Shown: piece after piece, positions 51,710 to 64,000 of the stretch | Position numbering within the stretch: the stretch's first letter is position 1 | Layout of the letters: each line of letters starts with the position of its first letter | DNA from: Cycas panzhihuaensis | Taxonomy: Eukaryota; Plantae; Cycadophyta | Direction: 5' to 3' | Length of the DNA stretch: 64,000 nucleotides | NCBI GenBank assembly: GCA_023213395.1 | Contig: CM041465.1 | Span: 170,755,741 to 170,819,740 of the forward strand | Translations under genes and position numbers: made by a program | The notes under the pieces: generated by a model | What the model was told of the DNA's origin: nothing | The model's input: the letters and a program-made list of their open reading frames with translations, nothing else | The model's database searches: none

Positions 51710-54700
51710 GCCCTAAGGCCAAGTTGCTTTTAGAACTATTTAAACTCCACCCTCTTCAGTGGTTTGGTGAAGATATCAACCACTTAATTTACTGTGAGAC
51801 AATACTCTAGTTGAATTGTGCCATCATGAACTAGTTATCTAATCTTATGGACTTTTGTACTTATATGTTTAGTACAATCATGAAATACAAGATTTTTAGC
51901 CATTTAGATTATAGATTGATTATCTACATGTAAGCTAGTAGAACTTGTTTAGGTGGCATTTAATGTATTTAACAATTTTCTAAGCCATATCACCTTCTTG
52001 CTTATCTCAGAAGTAATAATATATTCAACTTCGACAGTTGAGTCTGCAACTATCTTCTATTATCTAGATCTTTATGATATTTATGTTATTCCAAGAAATA
52101 TTATGTACCTAGACATAGATCTTCCAATGTCTTTGTCTTTGGCAAAGTTTAAGTCTGTGTATGTATAAAATTTAAATTCTACATTCGGTTCATACAACAG
52201 ACCATATTTGCTAACTATCTTCAAGTACCTCAACACTCGTATTATAGCTTACTAGTGATTCTACTTAGGATTTATCATGATTCTTGCAAGAATGCCGATA
52301 GAGTGTGCAATATCTGGCCTTATGTTAGTAGTATAGATGAGACTACCTACAAGTTACCTGTAGAGTATTGCATCTACCTCCCTAGTGTCACCATTAGCTG
52401 AGAGTTTAATATTAGGTTCCATGGGTGTATCCACTGGTCGAGTATTTTCCAACTAAAACTTTGTTAAAAGATCATTGATGTATTTTTCTTAGAAGTGAAA
52501 GATTTTGCTATTATTTTAAGTTACTTCAATTCCCAAGCAATATTTCATCAATCTGAGGTTATACAATTTAAAAGTTTGAGCAAGGCCCTTCTTTAGCTAG
52601 TTAATTACTTGTTTACTATTCCCCGTTATTAGCATATCATCTGTAGAGATGAAGAGGTAAGTGACTTTATCATTTTGGCACTTGATGAATAATGTTGCAT
52701 CAATATCTTGATAGTCATAAACCTCATATCCAAGTTGTCCCATTCTTTAAGACAACTTGGTAAACCAAGCACAAGGGGATTACTTTAGGCCATACAAGGA
52801 CTTTTTAAGCCTGCAAACCTTATGCTCTCGACCAACAATATCATATCCTTCTAGCTGAGGTATGTAAATTTCTTCTTTAAGGTCCCCATAGAGAAATGTG
52901 GTCTTAACATCAAGTTGGTGCATCCTTGCTCTATAGGTACTTCTAGTGCTAGTTTTACCTACCTCATCTGGTCGTGTGTCCTTATGTAATTGGTAGGCTT
53001 CACGAAAACCTTAAGTTGGGAATGAGGTTTTCATTTCCATAGCATCTTGGTCTTTATTTTGATCTTGAAAAGGATCATGTGAAATGTTTCACAGGGAGGA
53101 AGTTGATGATACTAAAGAAGATGGGCCAGCCACTGATGTTGGAAAAGATGGTCGTTGTATAATGACTTTGCCTTTATCAACTTAGTTATTTGCAAATGAT
53201 GGTGTTGGATGTGTACACATTGGTTGGGAGTCACAACTTGTATCCTCTGGGGCTCTATTATCATATTCTAATATTTTAAGTAATTGTTAAGCATCTCCCC
53301 CCCTAAATTTTGGAATCTGGATATCAAATTCAGTAGCATCATTAAATCAGTATGAAGATATCTTGAAGTCAAGTTTAAGTAATTGATCTTCAGTATCTAC
53401 AAAGATAACGTCTCTAATGATGATAATTTTGTATTGTGAAGGTATAAAAACCTTGTAACCCTTTTTGTCCATAAGGTATCTGACAAAAATGCCTTTGAGG
53501 GCTCTATCTTAGAGCTTGTTTTTGTGTTCCTCGAGAATGTGAGCATAACAAGTAGAGCTAAAAATTTTGAAGTGTAAGATAGAGAGAGTTTGTCCATACC
53601 ATATTTCATATGGAGAGGGACTAATAGTGTTGATGCAATACACAACAGTACAAATAGCCTTAGTCCAAAGATAAATAGGGATATTCTTATATACCAGCAT
53701 AGCATAAGCTATGTTCATGATGGTTCTATTCATATACTTGGTAACTTTATTTTGTTGGGGTGTACCTATAACAATTGTCTAATATTGATTCTATGGTGAT
53801 GTAGGTATGATTCAAACTCATTAGACATGTGTACTCGCCACCATTGTTAATCCTGAGTATTTTGATCTTGAATCTAAATTAATTTTCTACATGGGCCTTG
53901 AAAGCTTGAAACATAGAAAAAACTTCATCTTTCTTTGCCAGAAAAATAACCCATACTTTATTGGTAAAATCATCAATGAAAGTAATACAGTACCACTTCT
54001 TTTTAGAGAAGGGATGGGCATAGGACCGTATATATCTAAGTGTACAAGCTTAAAAGTTTGGCTAGATTTCTACTGACTATGAGAAAAGGGTTGTCTTTGA
54101 GATTTGGTAATAATATATGCTTCATATTTGAAGGGCTTAGAGGAGAGCCTATGCATACCAAGAAGAGTGGCATGTAGTTCTCTTAAATGATCAATTTTGA
54201 TATGGCCCATGTAAGCATGCCATAGGGCCGCTTGGGATAATGTTTGAGGAGTCAGGGTTGTGGTAAAAGTAGAGTCATCATCAACATAGTTAGCTTCAGA
54301 GGATGGTGATCCAGTTAGGCAAAATAGCTTGTCATCAATAATTCCAGTCATAACCACATCATTTGAAGGAGGGTGAATGACACAAAGAGTTTGATTATTT
54401 GTAGTTACACTCAGATCAAAACCACGAGAGTCAAGGGTGGACATGGAGATTAGGTTCTACTTTAGAGTAGGAATATATAAAACCTTAATAAGGGTAAAAT
54501 CTGAAAGGCCTAGGAGTTTCAGGCAAATAGTTCCAAGTCCTTCGACTGATTGAGATGATTTATCATCCATGTCTACAACACCACCAACTTTAGAGTCAAA
54601 ATACTGAAATAACTAGCGATGACAAGTCATGTGTTATGTTGCTCCAGTATCCATGATCCAAGATGAAGTATTTGAGGTGGCGTTATTTGCAACTCCAAGT

Positions 54701-55869
54701 GGTAAAGGTAAAAGTGAATAAGCATAGCCACAATGAGCCTCAATATACTTAGTGGATCTATCAACAACATTTGATGAAGTGGTCCCAATTCTTTGAAGGT
54801 ATGCATGAGCAAATTGTGTTCCACCAAAAGCATCTTCAAAAGAAGTATTATCAACATTATGTGCACCATGGCATTGTTGATAGCTTGGTGGTTTATTAGT
54901 GGCAGTTCTGTAATGTTTGGCATAGTGTCCTTTTCTATTACACCTTTGGAATATAATTATTTGATTTCCAATCCCATAAGAAGTATTGGGATGGTTGGAT
55001 TGTCTCTGATTACTAGATCTGGGTCCAGGTTGATTATTTTAGCCTTGGCCTGAAGACTATTTTTATTGAAGTTGAGGAACCTATTGACCAAGAGGACGTT
55101 ATCCTTGTTATCTACCTTTGCCTCTTCCATGAGAATTACCACCTCTGTGAGAGTATTGACCTTGATTTCTGGTATAACAAAGATCTTCTTCCACTTCAAA
55201 AGAAGCACCAACTAGATCAGATGTAGTGGCAAAGTTATTATTAAAGGTCTTATATAATTCAATGAACTTATTAGCAAGAGCCTCAAAGTTTAGGGTCTTC
55301 AAAGTGCCACTAGATTAAAGACTTCCCAGTAAATTTTTATAATCTGGAATATAGAGACATGACTGAATCAAGAAAGCTTATGTAATGCATTGAGTTTTGA
55401 AATCTTTATCAATGGATTATTTGATTGGATGAAGGAGATTGATTATCTCAATTGCATGTCCTTTCTACATTTTTAATTTGTTCATCTTTAGCACTAAGTG
55501 AACAAATTCTAAGTCTAATTTAGTGTCAAAGTTCTTCTTAAGAAATTCAAGAACTTTCCATGATGTATCATGTATAGCTTCATCAATAAGATTATGTAGG
55601 GAATAATTAATAACAATAAGTGTCCCTGCATGGATTTTATCATCATCAAGTTCCCACTGGAGTTTAGTTATAGCTTTAGTGGGAGTAGTTGGAGCACCTC
55701 CTCTAGAAGTAGTTGAGGTAGTTATAGCTGCAATAAATGGTGTAGGTTACAAGTGATCTCTCCAAATACCTTCATACTCTATAGAATTTCTAACACCAAT
55801 GAACCACATATCCTAATTTTCTTTCCTTTTAAGAATGCAGTTCACATTTTGCTTGAACTGTGAAGACAT
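51710..55869 (-). pseudogene. Copia F gag-pol pseudogene
   Basis: Starts MSSQFKQNVNCILK. Protease 'WIMDTGAT*HMT' ~54620-54665. GAG-pre-integrase 'LWHAYMGH'. Integrase 'MNRTIMNIAYAML..SPYEIWYG'. RT 'LDVKTTFLYGDLKEEIY'. RH 'VVDIFTKPL'. Confidence 0.9.
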
Positions 55870-56031
55870 GGTGTCTTTTGAGAAGGGAAGAAATGAACAA
55901 GGGATTATAAAAGTAATAGTAATAAATGACCAATCACTATTTATAAATAGGAGATATAATAAAATAATGTAGCAGAAGGAAGAAGAAGTGAGAATGGTTG
56001 CTCAAAGATAAAGGGAGCAACTTAGAGAAAA

Positions 56032-57425
56032 GTCACCAACATTTGTAATAAACATTAACCTGACACAATAGGAATATAAGAAGAACTATGATGAAACTTG
56101 GTCACTAACATTTGTGGTAAATATTAACCTAACGCAGCAGGAATATAAGAAGCACTATGATTGTGATTACACCATGGATCGCTCTTTGCAAATAAGTAAG
56201 TGATCAATATACAAGATTGTAAGCTAATTTGGAAGCTGACATCATTGGGTATACACAACTTCAAACTTAAATATAGGATGTATAATCAACCTAATAACCC
56301 CTAATTTGTTTCCAACATGTAGTTAAGGTTGTTGAAGGGATGTGTAGCCTTCTAGTAGAATTAAGTTGGCCTTCACCTATAATACCTACAATTATGCTTG
56401 GTGATGAAATCCAAGTCACAACACAGCCGAGGTACTCCTAATCCTCACCCAATTCACTAATGAGAAGTTATATACCTCCTCTAAAGAGTGGTATGTATAT
56501 ACCCATGGCTATGATAGATATTAGATTAGGTATATTTTAATCTTGTATTAAAGTTTTAATTTTCTTAGTTGGTTATCAGGATGATCCCTAATTGAGACAC
56601 GATGGTATGGCTAATCAAACCTCACCAATATTCTAGTTTAGTCCAGTCCCAACTTAAAACCCACACCTTCTTTATAGCACAATACTCTACCAACCAAGGT
56701 ATCTCAACCTTGGAGAGTATATAAGCAGGTACAAGATGGTAGAAAAAAATGTACATGATACATTCTTTTTAGGGAGAGTGAAAAGATTATCAAATTTGCA
56801 TCAAACATACATATAACTGAAAATGGAATGCTTGCTTGGAGTGCTTACTTAAAGTGCTTGTTTGGAGTGTCTTTAAAGTGCTTGCTTGAAGCGATTTTAG
56901 TGTACTAAAATGTAATAATGATAAGTGAGTGAAGACACTGAATATTGCTCCAATTTAGTTGTTTTTTTTACTCACTTTTACAATGGGCTTTTAAGCTTTA
57001 TAAAATAAGGAAGAAAATTTCTTCACTTTTTTTTTATATAAACAAAAAAAAATAGTCTTCACTAAAATAGCAATAGCTTTCTCCCATGATAACGAAATTA
57101 AGCACCAATTTTTGTGCTACAAACTAGATTCAAAGCTTCATCTTTAAGAAGTATAATTAGGTCTAAATGAGTTCTAGAAAATGTTTGGCAGTCCCACAAA
57201 GTTAGAAGAATATATTTTTCTAGAATTCTTACTAAAAATAACTACTATTCACTAAAATAGCAATAACTTTCTCATACAATATCAAAATTGGGTACCAACT
57301 TTTGTGTTGGAAAGTAAACTTAGAGCCCCATCTTTAACAATTAGAATCAGGTCAATTAGAGCTCCATAGAAGATTTTGTAGACCTATGAAGTTCAATAAG
57401 TAAATTTTATTTCTACAGAAATTTT
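56032..57425. repeat. Tandem duplications in the copia F 5' leader (~69 bp at 56032-56165; ~13-bp units at 56828-56893; ~190 bp at 57058-57425)
   Basis: Direct repeats visible by eye. Confidence 0.8.
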
Positions 57426-59569
57426 AGCTTGTTAATATCTCATTAGCACATGATACCATATGAAATTTCCATCATTTTTTTATCACTAGGATCCCAATAT
57501 AACCAAGGTGAGAGCATAAAATAATGGATATTTTAAATAACTCCAAATTCTTTTTAAATAATTAGGTATAACCTTCCCTTACAATCATTCTTCTAAAAGT
57601 TGGAAAAATTTCGGCAACATTTCCCCTTGTTAAATGGATAAAAAGACGGGAAAGAAAAGAAGAATGAAATAGTATAAATGGCCACCAAAGTATTGGAATC
57701 CTTGGGCCTTACAACTCCTTGTATTATGCTTTCAAACCTATAAGAGAGAAAGGGAAAGCAAATAATACTAAATATGCTATGATAAGAACTTAAAAATATT
57801 TTTAAATGTACTTTCACAATCTCCTTCACCATATGGGTTATGTAGGAGAAGGAAGTGATGGCTCCATTGCAAGTGCAAGTGAAGAATATTAAAGAAGCAA
57901 GATCTAATACCACATGAAGAGAGTGGATCTATCCTTCATCTCCATACACTAAACACAAAGACAAACATGGGAGCAAGAGAAACTTGAGAGAAAAAGAGTA
58001 ACTCTCACAAAATCAGGAGGTAAGAATAAGCCTCCTCCATTTAACTTTTACTTTTATATTAAGAGAGAGAGCATTAGAGTTAGGTGAAATGAAATTATAT
58101 ATAATGTACTTGAAATTGTATTTCACTTAAGTGATCTAATTTAAAGTTCACTTAAAACCCTTTTTAGAAATAATCAACTAATGTAATAACCTTGTGACAT
58201 TAACCTTTTTCATAATGATCTATTTAGAATATTTTACTTTGGTGGTCATATCTTCTTACCTTTGGTAAGAAATTTCTTACTCTTTATAAGCCTAGATTAG
58301 CTAGACATTGGTTTAGAAAAGGAATCTTCCCTTATAAATATATGTTAATCCATCTTCTTAGATATTTTAATGGAGTGCTTTCTAAGAAAAAATCTCTCTT
58401 TCTTACATTCATTTATACCTCTATTTTTGTCTTGTTGACTCCATCTCAGAGACATTTGATATGTGCTTCTATATTTCTTCTATATATAGGTGGTGGCTTA
58501 TTTGTTTTAATCCCTAGAGATTACTTTTCAACATTTTTTAATTAAAAAGATTTATACTATGTTATTTCCCAAACTAGATATGATTGAGCATCTCAACTTA
58601 ATTTGAAATCATCATCATACATCTCAATAGTGGTCATTCATCTTAAAACACTTTGGAAGTGTAAGCTTGCCTATAAAAGATGTTTATTCCTTTGGGTTAT
58701 TTTACATAATGGTCTTATGACAAGATAAAGATTGGTTAAGCTTCATTTCTTAGTGGATTTCCCTTTTTATAAGTAAGAAGAGTCTCTAGAATATCATTTT
58801 CTAGTCTTGCTCCTTCACTTCTTAAATCTAGTGTCTGATACTAGGATATACCTATGTGGTTTACTTTCATCCATTTTATCTTTTGGTTATTTTATTAGCA
58901 ATATAAAGACCTTTGACCATGTATTCTAGCATGGATAACATGTCTTCTATGAAGGGATCCTTTAGCATTTCTGGAAAATAAGGAATTCAATTATTTTAAT
59001 AATATTTCTTCCTCATCTCCAACTAATTTCTTTTTTATGCTAGTTCCCTCGTTGGATTTTCAGATGAAGGGTACACTTGAAGTTAATGCCCTAATTACTA
59101 ACATGTTATACACTATTTAATAGTATTCATCCTTCATCAAAACTAATGATTTTATCTCTCAACCACCTATTTACTCATCCTCCTCTAAGGGTAGAGGCCA
59201 TAGGCTATCAATTAATAGAGGCTTCCTAATGTTTCATTGCTCCATTTTCTATTGTTTTTACTCTTGTGATAGTCAGGTTTATTAGAAACATCATACTACT
59301 TATAAATAGTCCTAAAATAAGGCTTCTATTGTAACGAAAAGTGCTACTAGAAAGATTAATTCTCCTAGCATAATGATGGTTAAAGAAGAGGGTTGTATTG
59401 ATGATGAAGAACCTGGTTACACTTCCTACCATGTATAAAAAAAGAACAAATATAGTTAGATCAATTGCTCTATGCTAGAGTCAATTTTGATGTGTCGTTA
59501 TTATTAGCTATGTTTTCCCCCTTATATAAACCTTATTTATATACCCATTTTTATGTTTACTCTATTTTC

Positions 59570-62500
59570 TATTACATAACTGCTAATGATTGGCAGAACT
59601 CTTATGAATATACTCCTTGTTAGTAAGAAGTGGATCTTAATGCTGACCATTAAAATGTGTGTATGGGCCATTTGGGGCCGTCAATGGAAATAAAGGTTGA
59701 ATGCCTCTCCAATGAGATTCATTGGCTAAATGGCCATTTTACTTATTTAAGGCCCTATAGATATAAAACAAGATTAGTCTAGAATATGAAATTGTTACCA
59801 CCCATTTGATGTTATTTTTTAGTATTCATTTATGCTCTTTATATACTCTATTCTTTTATTTTCTATTCAAGTGTAAAAGAATACTAGGAGGAACTATATC
59901 AAGTGATATTATAGCTCAATTACATGACCAATGGGAGCTATATGATAAGCACAAGTTAAGAAAATTTTTCCCCAACCAAATCAAGTACTCTCTCTATATA
60001 AGTAGAGATTAAGGAAAGACCTTCTTCCAATACTCTCTCCACATAAAGATTGAGTAATGAAACTAGTGGCATTTAAGAGTTATGAAGAAAAGGGATTTTT
60101 TTTTTTTCTGTGTTAATACTCAACATCTTTCCTTTAAATTTGATTCAGTTCAATTTAGTTTATTTCAATTATTGTACTTGTGTAATCAATTCAAGGGTAG
60201 ATAAATTTACTTGGTAGCTATATTTTCCTCTTATACTCCTCATTCTTAAATAGATAACTCTGTATGATGACTACCCAAAGTAGTTAAGTAGAGACCCTAT
60301 ACCGGGGATTTATAAAAATCATAGGGATCTATCATTCTAGCTAATCGCACTATGGCTTTTTTGCCCCCTGCATGAAGGATTAAAGATAACACTCCTAAAC
60401 CAAGCCCTGGATAGAACCTGGGTACAAAATTCCATCTCCACATACATTTGGATATATAGAAGGACCTTTTTAGATATTGAATCCTTTCTAAGGTAGGCAA
60501 CCTATCCGTCATTAAAGTCCTATAGTGTAGTGGTTTGCAATTAGCACCATGAAGCTATATATCTCAAACTTTTGCATAAAAATCTTATTGGCAAACCTAT
60601 AAAATCAAGCACAGCTTATTTAGTGGTTGGTATAATACCCTATTTCTACTTACATCCTACTTTAAATGTTCTACTTCCTACTCAAGATCTAAAGATATAG
60701 GATAACAAACCTTAAAAAAAAAAAAGGAAGTCATCTCCTAATCCATAGAGAATTTTAATTTTTAAAATACTTTTTAGACTCAGAAGCAACTAGTAGAGTT
60801 ATACTTTTGAGGTAAAAAAGAAAAGTCCACAACCCAAAAATACTACTAGTGACTTATACATCTTATTTTGATCAATACCTTGTGCTAATCATTTTTCACT
60901 ACTATAGTTTTAACCCAAAATTTTAGGGTACAATGGCATATAGGCACCTTGTGAGCTCCATTAGCTAAAAAAATTACTTAAAAGCCACCTACCCCATCTT
61001 AATGAGCTTCTCATAATTATTGGTGTACTAAGTGAATCTATTATACTTTTAGGGTCAACAAGCTATAAACACCCCATCTCTCCCCTCTCCCCCTTGCTCC
61101 TTTCTCATTCTCTCACTCAACTCCTAACTTCTTTAAATCCCTTTCTTCCTTTCTATCCCTACTTCATTACTTCGTTCTTTCTTCCTCATCCTACTTTATG
61201 TAATCCTCTTTTCCTGTCTCATATTGCTTTAAATAATCCCATTCTCTTATGATAACTTATGTTTATAGTCATAAATGACACCTAACTAAGCTAATAAATT
61301 CTAGATGCTTGAAAATAATCTCACATCTATTAAGGACAAGTTCACCACTATATAGGAAGAGATCACCAATAATAATGACTAAAATAAAAAGAATTTATAA
61401 CATCAAAAGTGATTTTGTAAGCATCAAACTTGACTTTGCAAACTTTGCAAAGCTACCCCAATAAATAATCTACCAATGTAATGCCTTAAATCAAGCAAGG
61501 ATACCTAACTAGTAGCAAGCACAACTACCTCCTCCATTCCAAAGTCATCAATGATAGTAACCATTCCATTATAAGATTAACATTCCCATCTTTGATCTAG
61601 ATCTAAATAAAGACAATGTGAGGAGTTGGATTAGCAAACTAGAGTCATATTTCTAACTCCATCCCATGCCAATCTATGACCAACTTATCTTTGCATCTAT
61701 CCATCTAGATGGATATGCTTATCATTGTTTTCAGTGGTAGAAGAAGGAGTACCCTACAAACCAATCCTAGGATCAATTTTGTAAAAGATTCTTTAATCAA
61801 TATGAGGACACATAGGACCAAACATTTTTTAGCTAGCTCACTTGAGAAGATAGTCCTTAATAGTAGAAGCTTTTATAAATGAGTTGTAAGCTCTCTATAA
61901 TAGGATTAATATACGATTAAATCAACCAACCTTAGTTAAAATATATGTAGTTGGACTTAAAGAATGCATCTAGATACATTTAAAATCATCCTTATCGACT
62001 GCTTTATGATGCGCCATAACCATGGCCAAAGCAATCAAACTAGAATTTATAGTAGAATGCACATTCATCTCTTAACAAGATACATTATGGTACCATCACT
62101 CTTAACGAGTAGATGCACAATGGCCATGACCTTATTAGGAGGATTGTTAAAAGGATTATCTTATAATAGAATGCTCCATAATAGAATAACCAATAGTAGA
62201 ATAAACCATAGGGATCTAAGCAAGTAACCCTTGTCAAAGTTAATAGAAGCCAAGAAGTTGACCTTTATATTTAATATGTAGAAAAATAGACTATCAAATA
62301 TGGTATATATAGTCTTTACCATTGATCATATAATATCGATCTATGAAGATCTTGATATAAATAATGAGCCCAAGGAACACCTAGCCACAAAATCCCCTAT
62401 TAACCTTGAGTTAGAACCTGAAGTTTCTATTTTTGTTGTTTCCTCTATGGTCTCCTCTACCTCCTGTTGCAAGCCTCTCTAAGTCAAAGGCAGCTTGATG

Positions 62501-64000
62501 AAGACTCCTATCACTATCTTGATTGATAATGGTACATCATTTAACTTCATTAACATCTCCCCAGTCAAATAACTTAACCTATATATAGCACTAAAAACTA
62601 GTTTCACCTTCTCCTTACTAGGATACCACTGACTCCACTATGTAGGTCTTATCAAAAACCTCTACATCCAAATTGGTATATACTAATTAGATTCTTATTT
62701 TTATGCCCTTTCCATAGGAGGATTAGATGTTATCCTAGGAGTTCAATAGATTCAAATCCTTGGCACTTATAACACTAATAATTCCCCTACTAATCCATTC
62801 ATTCTATTCAAAGACCAGTTTAGACAAACACACAAACTACATGGGATTCAACCACCTCTTAATAAATTATTAACCTTGAAGCAAATAAGCAAACAAACAA
62901 TTGAATAGTAATGTTGGACACATACTCTATCTCAATAATATTCAACCTCAATCTGACATTCATCCTAACATCCAAACCATCCTCACTAAATATCAATCTA
63001 TTTTTAACCTACTTCACAACAACCCCCTCCCCCTAGACTAAGGCTTCTACCACACCATTAAACTTTAAATTTAAAACTCTTGTAACCCTATTAGCTTATG
63101 ACCTTATCATAACTCCTACTTTCAAAAAAATAAAATTGAATGAATCATAATGGAACTCATAGATATGGACATAATGGAACCTAGTAAAAGCCCGTATCCA
63201 ACCTCCATTACGCTTGTTAGAAAAGAGATGGTTCATTTTGACTCTATATTGATTATCAAGAGCTTAATAAACTGACTATTAAAATAAAATTTTCACTTCT
63301 TGAATCAATGATACGTTGGATGAAATTCATAGGCCAACCATTTTTTCTAAATTGGACCTATAATTGAGGTATTATCAAATCCCTATCGCCCTTGAAGATT
63401 GTCATAAAACTACCTTTTGAACATATCACAGGCATTTGGAATTTTAGATTATGTTTTTTAGGTTGTACAATGCCCTAGCCACATTTTAATGTCTAATGAA
63501 TAAGATTTTTGGCCATTGCCTTCATAAGTCCATCATTATCTTCTTTGATGATATCCTTATTTATAGTTCCCACATATCTAGTCATTTACAATATTTAAAA
63601 ATTTCCCTTTAGATTCTCTCCCAATACAAACTCTATGCCAAACTGACTAAGTGTGATTTTGTAAAGACTAAACTCCAGTATTTAGGCCATATCATCTCAG
63701 TTAAAGGAGTCTGGGTAGACCCTAATAAAATTTTAGTCATTACCGTGTAGCCCAACCTAAAGAATCTCACTCAATTATGAGCTTTCCTTGGACCCACAGG
63801 CTTCTATCATTTATTCATAAAAAATTATGCTTCTATTACTACCCCCTAACTTATTTTCTTCATAAGGACTCTTTTTAGTATTCCTCTAATGTCGATGATG
63901 CATTCAACAATCTAAAATTACTTATATCCACTACTTGAAGATTAAACAACCCAAGCTTTTCACAACTATTCTATCTTAAATACAATGCCTCAATAGTAGG
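59570..64000 (+). mobile_element. Ty3/gypsy chromovirus G (related to element B), truncated by the window end
   Basis: LTR 59570-59901 starts TATTACATAAC like B. Degenerate PBS TGATATTATAGC at 59904. Leader shares blocks with B (60290-60620 vs 9368-9705). Gag/PR/RT remnants, e.g. 'FFDDILIYS' at ~63541. Confidence 0.9.

Larger units (their letters stand above)
50975..58212 (-). mobile_element. Ty1/copia element F with long 5' leader and internal RT deletion
   Basis: 298-bp LTRs 50975-51272 and 57915-58212. PBS GATCTAATACCA on + at 57901-57912. PPT ATCTCCCCCTT on + at 51273-51283. TSD TAGTC / TAATG (degenerate). Confidence 0.93.
46135..59200 (+). mobile_element. Degenerate L1 LINE ORF2 (EN-RT-zinc finger), split by a solo LTR (46196-48688) and copia F (50975-58212)
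   Basis: EN 'LDHFPI' ~48775. 'WRHIYLLNVAYKILTKSLA' ~49665. 'RKGFPLTPLLY' ~50040 (RQGCPLSP). 'FINDT' ~50180 (FADD). zf-RVT 'WKCKL..KRCLFLWVILHNGLMT' ~58655. 'WKIRNSII' ~58972. Confidence 0.88.

Noticed and set aside
56828-56893. Short regularly spaced repeats as a CRISPR array
   Set aside because: ~13-bp degenerate tandem units without unique spacers, inside a plant copia leader, with no cas genes.

Overview
AT-rich, strongly CpG/CHG-depleted plant nuclear DNA, most consistent with a large gymnosperm-type genome (inference). It consists almost entirely of decayed, nested retroelements, and I found no intact host gene, RNA gene or CRISPR array. Left half: a minus-strand Tat/Ogre-like Ty3 element (<1-33255) hosts a Ty1/copia (2109-20245, TSD ATGAT). 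That copia hosts a Reina/IFG-like chromovirus (8574-19269, TSD TAGAC), whose 3' LTR hosts the youngest LTR element here. This is a 4.04-kb non-autonomous element (15049-19088, TSD AGCTT, 280-bp LTRs about 97% identical) with no gag/pol; it carries CpG-rich, host-like cargo including an apparent PLS-PPR gene 5' fragment. Right half: a Tork/Tnt1-like copia (33297-38231), a 323-bp TRIM with 86-bp LTRs (38391-38713), a twice-present [A-rich region + L1 ORF2] unit whose copies gained different later insertions, a short L1 3' end with RNase H and a 16-bp TSD, several solo LTRs, another copia (50975-58212), and a second Reina-like element running off the right edge. Boundaries and identities were read by eye, and lineage names come from motif recognition, not database searches.
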